Assembly: GCF_001194135.2 (NCBI RefSeq)
Contig: NC_068999.1
Coordinates: 5,204,994 to 5,254,654 of the forward strand
Source of the DNA: Octopus bimaculoides
Lineage: Eukaryota
DNA length: 49,661 bases
Direction: 5' to 3'
A program made the translations under genes and the position numbers. Within the stretch, counting starts at the first letter, position 1. Each line of letters begins with the position of its first letter. The notes under the pieces were generated by a model. The model saw only the letters and a program-made list of their open reading frames with translations, searched no databases and was not told the DNA's origin. Shown piece by piece: positions 10,966 through 24,270 of this stretch.

Positions 10966-13900
10966 CACTATTACTGTGTCTTATATGTAACTTACGTGGC
11001 TTAGTGGCTAGGACATTCAGCTCACAATCGTAAGGTTATGAGTTCAATTCCCGACAATGCATCGTGTCCTTGAGCAAGACACTTTATTTCACGTTGCTCC
11101 AGTCCACTCAGCTGGCAAAAATGAGTTGTACCTTGTCACACTCTGTATCATGCTGAATCTCCCCGAAGAACTACGTTAAGGGTACACGTCTCTGTGGAGT
11201 GCTCAGCCACTTGTATGTTAATTTCACGAGCAAGCTGTTCTCTCGATCATATCAGCTGAGACCCTCATCATTGTAACCGACGGAGTGCTGCTTTATGTAA
11301 CTTACTATCAGCTAACAGTTTCTCTGACTTCAATCCTAAAAACTTGACTGACAATGTTTCATTTAAAATATCCCATTTTTTTCTTTCTTTCTCAAGGACT
11401 CGGATTATGCTGCCTCTTGCCAGAAAACTCAAGCACAATTACAGACAGACAAGTTCATTCGGGTTAGTCAATTTTGGAATTAGTTTATCATTTACCATAT
11501 TTGTAGAACTTTGCCCAGGGTTCTTTTTTCTCACATTCCCAGCAGGATTTGAACCCGGATTGCCAGCACTAGAGGTGCAGGCCTACATGACTACACCGAT
11601 CTGGCAGTGCTAGAAACCAGAGAAACCAATCCTACCTAAAACAGGCAGCAGGTGGACACCCAGGAGTCATGACTCAGATGTGGCCCAACCCCTCCCCTAG
11701 AGTGTCAGGAGTTAAGGGCCGAAGCACTTGCCTAAAGGGGGTGGGTTTCTCCTCTGAGGACCACCTGCTGTTACGCTCTCCCCGAGATTCTTTCCACCTA
11801 GATGGTGTCAATTTTGTAATAAATGAGAATGTTCTCTCGCTTGGTTCAATGGTTAATCAGAAAACTTTAAACCTAAATTGCTCTGAATTTTTTCCTTTAA
11901 CAAGAAGTCTGTAAACAACTTACAATTTGACTGTTCAGTGAAGTCCTTATTGTCTGCCTGTTGTTGCTATTTCTAGCCACTTGCTACACGACGAGCTGAA
12001 CATGATAAAATAAGGAAATCAATTAAAGAGTCTTGGAACCGAGAAGTGAAGAAAATGGTAAGTTCTTCTTGATTGTTTTTGTATTTTGGAATTATGTTTA
12101 AAGGTAACAGGTGTGGCCGTGTGGTAAGAAGTTTACTTCCCAACCTCATGGACTTTGGGTTCAACCCCGCTGCACTAAACCCTTCAAGGCAGTGCCCCAG
12201 CTTGGCCCCAGCCTGGCCCCAGCCTAAGGACTGAGATAAGTTAAAAATAGAAGTCTTTTCCTGTTGATTTCTCCTTTCAGCAAGAATCCATCTCAAACTT
12301 ACGCAAAGCTCAGTCATTGTTCTACAAAAGCAAACAAGAAAACGAAAAGGCTCGGGAAATGGCAAATAAAGCAGAGACCGAGATGAACATCCAAGGCAGC
12401 AGCAGCACAATTTCCACCAAAGTGGACAAGCGCAAGAAAATAGTGGAAGACACAATGAATCGGGTAAGTACCACATCGTTACCATTTTGTCTGTCGTCCA
12501 TGTTTTAGACTTGCTTAGGCAGAATCCTTGTTCACACATGTTCCACTCATGACCATCCTGTCTGAGTTTTATTTTCAGACCCTACGTTGAATTGCTTTAT
12601 TCAATATGTCCTTCTTTTGTCTGTGATTTGAGGGAGATTTGGTTGTTGGTGTTCATTTTGGTTGTAGTAGTAGTGTTGGTGGTGGTGGTGCAAAATGGGA
12701 CAGTTTGGCTCAGCTGTTTTGAAGCTGAATTTTTGGCATGGCTGACTGGGCATTCAGCTCGTTTTGCTGACCATAGTTTGGTGCTGGAGGCAAGCACACA
12801 CACACACTTGCATGTATATTTTTGCACACATGCATGTGTGTATGCACACTTAAATATGTACATGCAGATAGAAAGAATGAGAGAAAAGGAGAGACGTTCC
12901 AATTTATTAACTCCTTTAGCATTTAACCCTTTCGTTACAGTATTTTTGTTGAGATGCTCACTGTTTCTTTCAATTACTTTAAATATAACAAAGAATTTAG
13001 TTAAATAACTTAGTTATCATTCAGCTAGTGTTAGGAACATAAATTGCAACTAAGGTTTGGTGGAAGATTTTAATTCAAAACTTATGGAAACAAGATATTT
13101 GGACTCAGAGCCAGAGCCGGTTTCAGCCAAGTTGGTGATGAAAGGGTTAAATTGGTCGTATTCATCCCAAATATTCTACCTATTTTATGTTGAAACCAGC
13201 CAGCCCTGACCTCTCACACCTACGTTAAAATGTCATTCTAAAAATAAACAATCTCCACATTGAATTTGTGATGCTACAAGATAATGCCGGATAAATTTTA
13301 AACAATTTGAATAAATANNNNNNNNNNNNNNNNNNNNNAAACAGAGAGAGAGAGAGCACGAAACATTAAAATGCCTGTGAATTAAATAGCTGAGTCAGGA
13401 GTGCCAAATAGGCGGCACCACAATAGCTGAGCCAAAACGTCTCAAGGTGGTGGTGGTGGTGGTGGTGGTGATGAGGTCATATAACCCTAGGTCATACTTT
13501 TTCAGCAGACCTATAGTCAGAACCAAAGGTGTTTCAGCTGTGACTGTCCCATCTTTTTTTTTTCTTTTTTTTTTTGGATTCTGTCTCAGTGTAGCTCGGA
13601 CTTCATTATCTCATGAATCTTTTCTGCTTTAAACATAAAATATGATTTCAAAGATTTTGTTGCTATATCTAGCTAGTGGAGTGACTACACAGAAGCAACT
13701 CCCATTGGCATGTTCAACGTCTGTCTGTCTGTCTCGTTTGTCTATGTCCCCCACGTTCAACATTTAAATTCTGCATCTATTTTTTGCTTTTTCACATAAT
13801 TCAAAAATAAATTTTTTTTTTTTTTTTTTTTAATATTTTCTTTATGAATCGTGTGTTGACTGAGATACATCCTTGGGTGTTGTGAATTATTTTTGGTTTA

Positions 13901-15763
13901 TTATGACATATGACACTAATGGAATGTAGGTTGGAAATGTTTCCACCCCNNNNNNNNNNNNNNNNNNNNNNNNNNNNNNNNNNNNNNNNNNNNNNNNNNN
14001 NNNNNNNNNNNNNNNNNNNNNNNNNNNNNNNNNNNNNNNNNNNNNNNNNNNNNNNNNNNNNNNNNNNNNNNNNNNNNNNNNNNACATTTGAGTATTTGCT
14101 GCTGGTGCTGGAGACAAGATTAAACAACACAAATAACAAAAAAAAACAAAGAACAACAACACAAAACAAACAACAGCAACAATATGGCATTGTTGGCTAT
14201 AGGCGGAAATTGTTTTCTTGTCTATTTAGTGTTACTTTATACTCATCACCACCAGCAGCCTCCGTTTGTACAATGTAGGTTGTTGAAAATAGATGAGCTG
14301 AGGGCACGACAACAAGGAATGCTTTTTATGCAAATATTTTCTTTTTTTTTTTTAAATTATGGAGATTAAATTCTAATCTGGTCAGTTCCACCCACCTTCC
14401 CTTTCCCCTCCTGGGCCCCACAGTTTTAATCTTTGCCTCTTTCAATTTCACCCTCTGTAACATAACCGTTCTATTCATCGGCAATCCTTAATGACGAGAA
14501 AAACAAAAGAGAATACATATTTTTTCTTTTAAGTTAAAATAAGTAAATAAATATATACACTTAAACATCTGTGTATGCGTATATTCTAAACAATAGAGGG
14601 TGTATATATTTTATTTCACTAAGCTGTTTCAAACAAATCTTTCTGTTTCAACTTGGTTTTTTTTATTGCATTATATATTAGTATGTGTGTGTGTGTGTGT
14701 GTGACTTACATTGCTATATAATCTACTACCAGATTTCTTATTAACCAAACTTAATCCTTAATTCTTTAACTGTGAGGAGCAGAAGACCAAAGAAGCTTTT
14801 TTTATGTATTTGTATTTTTGCCTCATTCACACTTTTCTCTCTCTCACCCCCTTTTTCCCCCTCCTATCTTCTTTCACTTTTATTTGTGAAATAACCAATG
14901 TCTTTAGAGAATAAATATTTCTGGTCTTTAGCTTACTAACTTTTATGACAATCTTTTTGTATTTCAACATTTTGTAAACGAACTTTAGAAGTGTTGAATT
15001 TTTCATATTCTACAGACAAAGTAAATATATGTGGGCACAGGACATCATGAAATGTGTACGACAAAAAAGTACAATCTGTGGATTTAGAAAAATTCTTTGT
15101 CGCTTAGTAATCAAAATATTTGGGCGTTGCCAATAAAGCATTACTTTATCATCTCTGTGATGTGGACACAGTTTTATCAGTGGTGGTGGTCATTTCTCTA
15201 GATTTTGTGTTGTATTGTAACTAGAAATAATTGTGTCATGAGCACAAAAGCATGGCTGTATGGTTGAGAAGTTTGCTTTGTAACCAGGTGGTTCCAGGTT
15301 CAATTTCATTGTTCTGCATCTTCTATCATACATTTGTAAGTGGAATTTTGTAGATGGAAACTGTTGTGTGTGTGTGTGTGTTATGTAAACATTGGTAAGA
15401 AAAGTCAAAATGAAAATCCCTGGTGATATTTGTTTCACCCGAGTTCTATAGATAAACCCTTTACACTCTGTTCATTGGAAATGCAGTGAATCAGTGATTG
15501 ACTCTTTGAAAAATCAATAAGCAACAATACTATTGTTGTCGAAATGTAATATGTAAAATAAATAAAAATTTAGATTTTACAATAACAATTACATATTGAA
15601 AATATATTAGTATTTTTGGTAAACATTATTTGTTTTAAGATGTTTCGATTGTAATTCTGTCAATCTAGTGTTTTCATTATCAAGCTTTCAAATCACGAAA
15701 AACACCACATTGAGATGTATGTTAGCTCTGTAGTTGTTCTTACATAGAGAGATGAGACATATG

Positions 15764-15802
<39 letters not shown>

Positions 15803-18620
15803 TCATTCAGTGGTGTTCCCTTTATGATCATGCCACATACAAAGAAGGCACACACACACACGCAGAGTAATGATGTTGTTTATAGAATGTATTAAAATAT
15901 TCGGATGGTTGAGATGGCATACATGGGGAAACATCAACCTAGATGCTTTCCTGTTATGAGTTCAATTTTTATCTCACTTTTCTTGCTTCGAATTTCACCA
16001 AGGTCAACATTTGTTTTTTTTTTTTTTTACGAGGGCAGAACTTCAGTCAAAAATAAGTACCAGTAATATACTGTGGTTGATTCAATTGACTAAAACTTTG
16101 GTCTGTGTGTCCAGCTGAACCATTATTAAATACCTCTCTGTTGTTAGCACCTCGCTGTTAGCACCTTTTGATAAACACCTCACCGTCATTAACGCCTTAT
16201 CGTCATTGATGTACTGCTGTCTTTAACACACTTCTGTTGTTAATGACTTACTATTGGGAAACACTTCACCGTCATTGACACTTCACCGTCATTAACACTT
16301 CACCGTCATTAACATACTGCAGTCATTTATACATTGCTGTTGTTAATGCTTCACTATTGTCAAATACCACATCATTATCAAACACCTCACCGTCGTCACG
16401 TGCCTCACTGTCATTAATGTTTTGCCATCATTAACACACCGTCATTGTTAATGTCTCACTGTTGTTAAATGCTTCACCATCATTTAACATCTTGTTGTTA
16501 ACGAAGTCCTCCTCCTACAGACTAATGGGGGAAGCATCTACATTGATGTTCAATGTTTGTAATAGCAGTCAAATCTCACTTTTATCATACCTTACCATCT
16601 GAAAAATGTAAGGACAGATAGGATAATGTAATTCTAGATAAACTAAAGAAACATGTGAGATGGAATGCCTTTGGTAATCATTCAGAACTGACCAAACAAA
16701 ACATCTTCCCACATCTGGTGTATTTTACGTGCCACCTGCGCAAGGGCCAGTCCAGCGGTACTGGCAAATAATGTAAACCAACACCAGTTTTCAAGTAATG
16801 GGATACACACTCATGTATTTATGTATGTATACTACAGCTTCTTTCAGTTTCTGTCTATCAAATCCACAAGGCCTTATTTGGCGTGGGGCTTTAATAGAAG
16901 ACGCTTGCCGAAAGCACCACCCTAGGGGATTGAGCATAAAACTCATGTAGTTAGGAAGAAAACCTTGTAACTTTTTCACTAAACCATGCTCTGGGCTTGA
17001 AAGTCAACTGAGATATTTGAAACTCGATATCTACTGACAAATCTATGCATATACAGGTGAAGGCTTTGTACTGATATGAGCTGTATGGTAATACAGTCAT
17101 ATCACAAGTAACATTATTTTGTAGTGAAATCAAATTTTGCTTCAGTGGTCAAGTTTGTTTCTGTGTTTGACGTCATTAGAATATTTGTTTACAATGTCGA
17201 CAACGTTTACATAGTATGGCACAGTGACACATCCTGCCCTACATACTCACTCATTTGTTTCTCAATGTGTATGTATGTGTGTATGTATGTATGTATGTAT
17301 GTGAAATGGTAGAATCAATATATGTTTAAATAAAAACACTAAAAAAAAATAAATACTGCCAAAACCACAAAAGTATGAAGTAGTTCTTTCGGTGCAGCAG
17401 TAACCGGGGTTGTAAATTATTCACAAAAAAAAACATGCAGCTTGCATTTGGGTCAAAGGCTGAACCCAGAATATAAATTTATTGAGGGTGTGACAGTAAC
17501 TTGAATGCAAAAATCAGTTGATATAATATTCAGTGTAACCAACACTTTTTTTTATATACTGACATATGGTTCTACATGTTTATATTTAGTTGTTTTGACT
17601 GAGCCGTCTACTTCTCACCCACCATGTTATTTTTAGTTAACTTTTTAATGCTCCATATTTGAGATATTTTGTCACAACAATTCCTCACACCACGTGTTTA
17701 GCACTTCATTCATTATGTCTTCATTAACTTGTCTATCTCACACATCACATGTAGACATTAGTTCAGTTTTTTTAATTCTCGGTGCTTTACATATGTCAAC
17801 ACAAACTAATCTGTGTGTTGTGCATGCCACATGTTTATTTTTTTAGCTGACTGTTTAATCACATGCTGTTACCTGGTGGCCAGTGGCCAGTTAGTGTAAG
17901 GGAGATAATCATGTCTACATAATATTTGGTGGGATTATAAGTTAGAAATTTAAAATCGAAGAAAAAGGAAGACTAAAATATGGAGTTTGCATATTTATTT
18001 TATTTATTTATTTTTGCTTACTTATTACGATGACTTTGTAATTTCTAGTCTTAGGGAATTCAGTATAGATCCATTTCATTCTTATTTGAAATCATCAGCA
18101 TGACATAACCTGAGTTAAATAAACTAAACCAAATTAAACATTTTACAAATTGAGACATTTGTTCCATGCATTAAATATGTGGACACTAACTCAACCTGTT
18201 TGTTTGTTCCACCACATGTTTTAATTCAATTTTTTTTTGTTTTATGCTTCATGCTTTAAATATTCTAACATTAATTAATCTAATTTAAACTTTTAATTGA
18301 TTAATCCGATCTGAAAATCTAGAAATTTTTTTTTTTAAATCTCCCTTATTTATTTATTTATTTATTTATTTTCTCCCAATCTTTCATATTTTTCTGTGAG
18401 AAAATTCTTACATCACAAACTAATTAATGCTGGACAGTTTAATTGGATTAGCTAATAAGGAAGCAGCAGAAACGGTGACATGATGCTTCTTGGCATTTAG
18501 AAAATATTTACATCAGTGTTTCTTAACCGTTTTTGTTCCATGCCCCATTTTGATTTTTCCCTAAAAACGTTCACACCCCCAAAACCCCCACCACCATGAA
18601 TGGACAGAGTGTATAGTACA

Positions 18621-18661
<41 letters not shown>

Positions 18662-21185
18662 AAACTTTCATTTAATCAAGATATCCTCAGCCTAAGGAGT
18701 AGCCTGTGGTATACACCTCGCCTGGATATTTACCACTTCTGAGGTTCTGCTCGCTATGAAACATATGTAGCCCGGATCTTATCTACGCCATTCCGTAACT
18801 CTTGTATTCTTATTTGCAAACCCAGCAACCCTGGTTGCCTACCGTGAAATATAAAACAAACTTTTTTCAGTTTGTCATACGTCAATATGAAAAAGATCCA
18901 CAACCTTCCATCTCAATAAACCACAATTGTCTCTGAAAGTTGTTTTTTTTTTATATTCACTACGTGCTTGAAGCTGACTTTCTTCCTACACCTTGATCCT
19001 TGGATCTTACATTTATTTATAAACACACACACGCACAAGAAGTTTTAATTAAAACTTACCTCCCAGTTTTATTCACCTCATTCTAAAGTAACCTAGACCT
19101 CACCCAAATATTGCCATGCCCCACCAGTAAGGGTTGGTGGGTCTCGTACCTCCCACGTCTTGAAATATTGTTCTACATGTTATGTATTCTATCCTATATT
19201 CACATTGGAACATCCAACCATATTTCTTTCTATGTTTTTATTTATTTATTATTGCATTTTTGTTAATTTTTCTCTTCTTTTTCTGTTACATTTGTTTTGT
19301 TTTTTGTGGGTTTATTTTTTTTGTATTAAACTTCAACTTCTGTTCTGCTTTCATTTATTGTTCATCTTGCGGAAACCCCCCGTTCAACTTTAATGCTGGT
19401 ACCCCCTCCCGACTGTGATGGGGGTACCTCCACTGAACTGTGAAGGTGGTACCTCCACTCTTCTTTAACAGCAGTACCCCAACTCAACTGTGACAGGGGT
19501 ACCCCCATTTGATTCATGGTGGTACCCCAACTCAACTGTGACAGAGGTACCCCCATTTGACTGATGGTGGTGCCCCTACTCAACTGTGACGGAGGTACCC
19601 CCATTAACTGATGGTGGTACCCCAACTCAACTGTGACAGAGGTACCCCCACTTGACTGATGGTGGTACCCCAACTCAACTGTGACAGAGGTACCCCCACT
19701 TGACTGATGGTGGTGCCCCTACTCAACAGTAATGGAGGTACTCCCAAAATTTAACGACAGGGAGATATTATTGGCACATCGTTACATTATGCTACTTTGT
19801 TTCATTACATTACTTTTGTTAAACCTAATTATAACATCTATAATTAACTGATGTTGTTGTTACTGTTATAATGTTTCTATGATTTCTGTTTTTTTTTTCG
19901 TTTATTTTTTCAAAATTTTAAAATCAGTTTTTATTTTATTTTATTTCTATTCATTCTTCTTTTGAAATCAGATTCTTTCAATAACTGCCCCTGCTCGTTA
20001 CCCACCAAATTCAAGTCATTTATTTAATTTTGTTTGTAAACAAAAATGCCAAAAAAATCCTCAACAAAAACACCTTCTTTTGGACATAAAAGTTCTCGTT
20101 TCTTCTAAGAATATGGTTACTTCATAAGCCATTGAGGGAACATCTGCATGGCCATTTCCCCTATTAGAAAAAGCAGCTATATATCCCTTCAAATCATACC
20201 TACCCTCTTAAATGTAGGAAGGACATGTTAGATAATGTTGTGGTTTTTAAATATTCAAAGTCTCTGGATGGTTGTTGCTGGAATAATTTGATCTCGGAGG
20301 TTTTCTCATTCAAGCTGACCTGGGTTTAAACTACAACAATAATAATCATTTTAACATTTATTGTTTAACCTTAGGTTAGATCTGGTCTGGCAATGCTCTG
20401 ATCAAAAGCATTACAACCATGACCATCCAGTCTCTTACTCAAACATCATGCACAAAGAACTACATTATCTGATGTGTGTGAACGTGTCCTTTTGTGGTTT
20501 AGGGGAGATTTGACTGCTGTTTCTAACAGGTTCATTCACAGCTGAGAAGCTCCCTGTATTGGTTCAAACAATTTTTTTTTTTTTTACTTTTTAAAAATCT
20601 TGCTATCATAGATTTGAGGGAGATTTGGCTGCTGTTTCTAACAGGCTTATTCGCAGCTGAGAAGCCTCCTGCATTGATTCAAACAATTTTTGCATTTTTT
20701 CTTCTTTTTACTGTTTTTTTTTTTTTTTTTAAATCTTGCCATCATGGATTTGAGGGAGATTTGGCTGCTATTTCTAACTGGCTCATTCACAAATTATATA
20801 AGTTTGATAAGTCTATCCTACAAACACATCATCATTTGTCTTACCCCTACTGTGAGGCTTGGCATTCTGAGATCCAACCTCACCGTTCCTTTCCACAATT
20901 TCTACTCCTCAACACCCACTCCCCTCAAAAAACACCCACAAACAACACAGAGGCACTTTGGTATCATCTAGTTTATTTAATATTATTTCTTCACTGCTTG
21001 CCATATTTTCCTTTGTAGTTTATCTTCTGCTGAATCAATGGGTTTACTGGCTGTATAACATATCAGCTTCATCTTCATGTATATAAGATGTAGGTGTGTA
21101 TGTATATACATGTATGTGTATATACGTAAGTATATACATGCGTATACATGTATGCACATGCATTTATAAGTATTAACATATATGC

Positions 21186-21216
<31 letters not shown>

Positions 21217-21848
21217 TGTTGGCACTCCGTCGCTTACGACGTCGAGGGTTCCAGTTGATCCAATCAACGGAACAGCCTGCTCGTGAAATTAACGTGCAAG
21301 TGGCTGAGCACTCCACAGACTTGTGTACCCTTAACGTAGTTCTCGGGGATATTCAGCGTAACACAGTGTAACAAGGCTGACCCCTTTGAATTACAGGCAC
21401 AACAGAAACNNNNNNNNNNNNNNNNNNNNNNNNNNNNNNNNNNNNNNNNNNNNNNNNNNNNNNNNNNNNNNNNNNNNNNNNNNNNNNNNNNNNNNNNNNN
21501 NNNNNNNNNNNNNNNNNNNNNNNNNNNNNNNNNNNNNNNNNNNNNNNNNNNNNNNNNNNNNNNNNNNNNNNNNNNNNNNNNNNNNNNNNNNNNNNNNNNN
21601 NNNNNNNNNNNNNNNNNNNNNNNNNNNNNNNNNNNNNNNNNNNNNNNNNNNNNNNNNNNNNNNNNNNNNNNNNNNNNNNNNNNNNNNNNNNNNNNNNNNN
21701 NNNNNNNNNNNNNNNNNNNNNNNNNNNNNNNNNNNNNNNNNNNNNNNNNNNNNNNNNNNNNNNNNNNNNNNNNNNNNNNNNNNNNNNNNNNNNNNNNNNN
21801 NNNNNNNNNNNNNNNNNNNNNNNNNNNNNNNNNNNNNNNNNNNNNNNN

Positions 21849-21916
<68 letters not shown>

Positions 21917-24198
21917 ATAGCCACAATTTTCAATCATGGCCAGAACAGAATTAATAGAAGGCACCAGCTGTTGATTATCACAGAATATATATCGGATGTG
22001 TGTGCAACCTGGGTGTGGAATTCAAATCTCTGCCATTCAACAAATATTTATATATATAAAACCAGATTTTACACACTTTCCGCATGTGTAATTTATACAT
22101 TTTCCTTTATGTTGCGTAAACACTGCGTGTGTGTATGTATGTGTGTGTGTGTGTATACAAACAAACACACACACACATACACATTTATTTACAACTATAT
22201 GTACATACACACTCATGTGTATTTATATATGTTTATATATGTACATGTGTATGTGTATGCATACACAAAAAATAAAGAACAGCTGACAATTGTGTCAGCT
22301 GTTATTTTTCTTGTTATAAGTCTGTCAGTGTATTGGGTTATATATAATGTAGCTGTTTACTGTAAAGAATGCTCGCTCACTCGCGCACACGCATGTGTGT
22401 GTGTGTGTATGTGTTGATTCACTTAGGAGCAATAATTTGCAGAACTTGATACACAGGTATAGAGTATTCTTTAATACGTTACAAATGAAACGTTCATATT
22501 TCCAAAGCTCTTGAGTTACACATTTGTTGCATGTGTGTGTGTGTGTGTGTGTACAGGAAGAGGGGGAGAAAGAGAAATAGAGGCTCAGCAAAACAAACAG
22601 GAAATGTAGAACACAATACATGATTGTATAAATTTTTACTTGGCTATAAGTTACAAAATTGACTCAAAGACCAATAGGTTTTTGTATGTCATATGTATCT
22701 GTCTATCTACATACATACACACACACACACAGTCTCACCTTTTGTGCATACATATTGAGGACAGAACAACCTCTGCAGCCGTGGGACCATGATAAAATGT
22801 GCAAATGTTTGGAGGTAAGAAGGACATCCAGCCATAGAACCCATGGCAAGAATGGAATGTAGAGAGTGTTATGTGATCTGTGACCTCTCTAGAAGGCCGG
22901 GTAGTTTCTTTGTCCAAATTGTGTCAGCATGGCAGAGCAGACATTCTATGATCAGTATACCTTTACATACACATTTTATTTAAGTATGCACTTTCACCCA
23001 TACCACAGCTCACACACACACACACACACACACACTTTACATTCTTGCAAACAAACATTATTGAATTGATCAAAGACTTTTTTAGTCACACTATTTCCAG
23101 TGGATGTATGGTAGCAGCATTCATCCAGCACACACAAAATTCCTGGTTTTTAACATTGATTTGGAAGATAAAAGAGGAAGAACCAAAAAAAAGAGAGAGA
23201 GAGAGAAATAAAGCAAGCAAGCATTTATTGATTGTTATTTTGTTTTTATTCAATATTTTTGCTTTGGGTTTTGATATCTGAATTCCCAAGACTCTTCTTA
23301 GGTGTGTCCCTTCGCTGAAGAGCTTGTTTTGCCTTTTTTCTTTTGGTTTTTTTTTTTTTTCCTTTAAGGGGTGCAATAACTTGGGTTTATGATTTATTCA
23401 AACAGGTTGTGAAGCGATGGCGCCTTGACTGCCATTGCTGTTCGTGTGCCTTACATTTGCATCGCATTTTCAAGCACATTCCTCCATCTCAAACTTGTAC
23501 AAACCAGTTAGAACTGGGCATTGAAAATGACCCTGACCAGTTCTTGCCGGTGTTGTTGGTAAGTATGGCGCCCTAAAATCCCCTACAAGTCAAGAAGCAC
23601 GATGTATAATAATATATATATTTACAAATATAGATATATAGATAAATACATACACACACATATACATATATATAGAAATGCATATGTATATGTATGTGTG
23701 CATACATGTGTGTGTGTGCATGCATGTATGTATTTTACTTTTGCTGTCTGTCTGCAAACCATGCAATTAATTATTGCAATTTGCACAATTAGTATCTGAT
23801 GCTTCTTTTAATGCAAAACGCTAGTTTTTGAATTGGTGTTGCATCTTACTGCATTTGTCTTAAATAATAATGGGTTTTTCACAAAGCTGGGAACGAGGAA
23901 TGGATGTGTAAATAATGCGTGTGAAGAATCCGGCCAACATTTTCTAGATCGTTGCAAGGGTGGCTTGCTTTGAAGGGAGCAGGAGGGTGGGAATAGGGTT
24001 GACACGGTGCCAGCTTATTCTTTAACCCCCTGATGCCAAGCAACAGTTTGAAGTTTCTCTTGTGCATTATGCATTCACACTAACATGCATGTTTGTGTAT
24101 GCACTCACACTTGCATCTACTCATATCAATACTTTCACATATGCATGCATCGTCATACGTGGATACGTGCAGGCATGTGCTCACTTGAAGCAATTTGC

Positions 24199-24270
<72 letters not shown>

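Noticed and set aside
11533-11605. Functional tRNA gene
   Set aside because: The acceptor stem does not pair and there is no U33; more likely a SINE head.
17380-17940. Possible decayed Tc1/mariner transposase fragment
   Set aside because: No intact frame or recognisable DDE motif could be read by eye.
19385-19745. CRISPR-like appearance of regular repeats (also 5351-5530 and 49441-49661)
   Set aside because: The units are contiguous without unique spacers, the context is eukaryotic, and there are no cas genes.
23406-23480. Cys/His-rich stretch as a displaced C1 domain
   Set aside because: The spacing does not fit H-x12-C-x2-C-x13/14-C-x2-C-x4-H-x2-C-x7-C.
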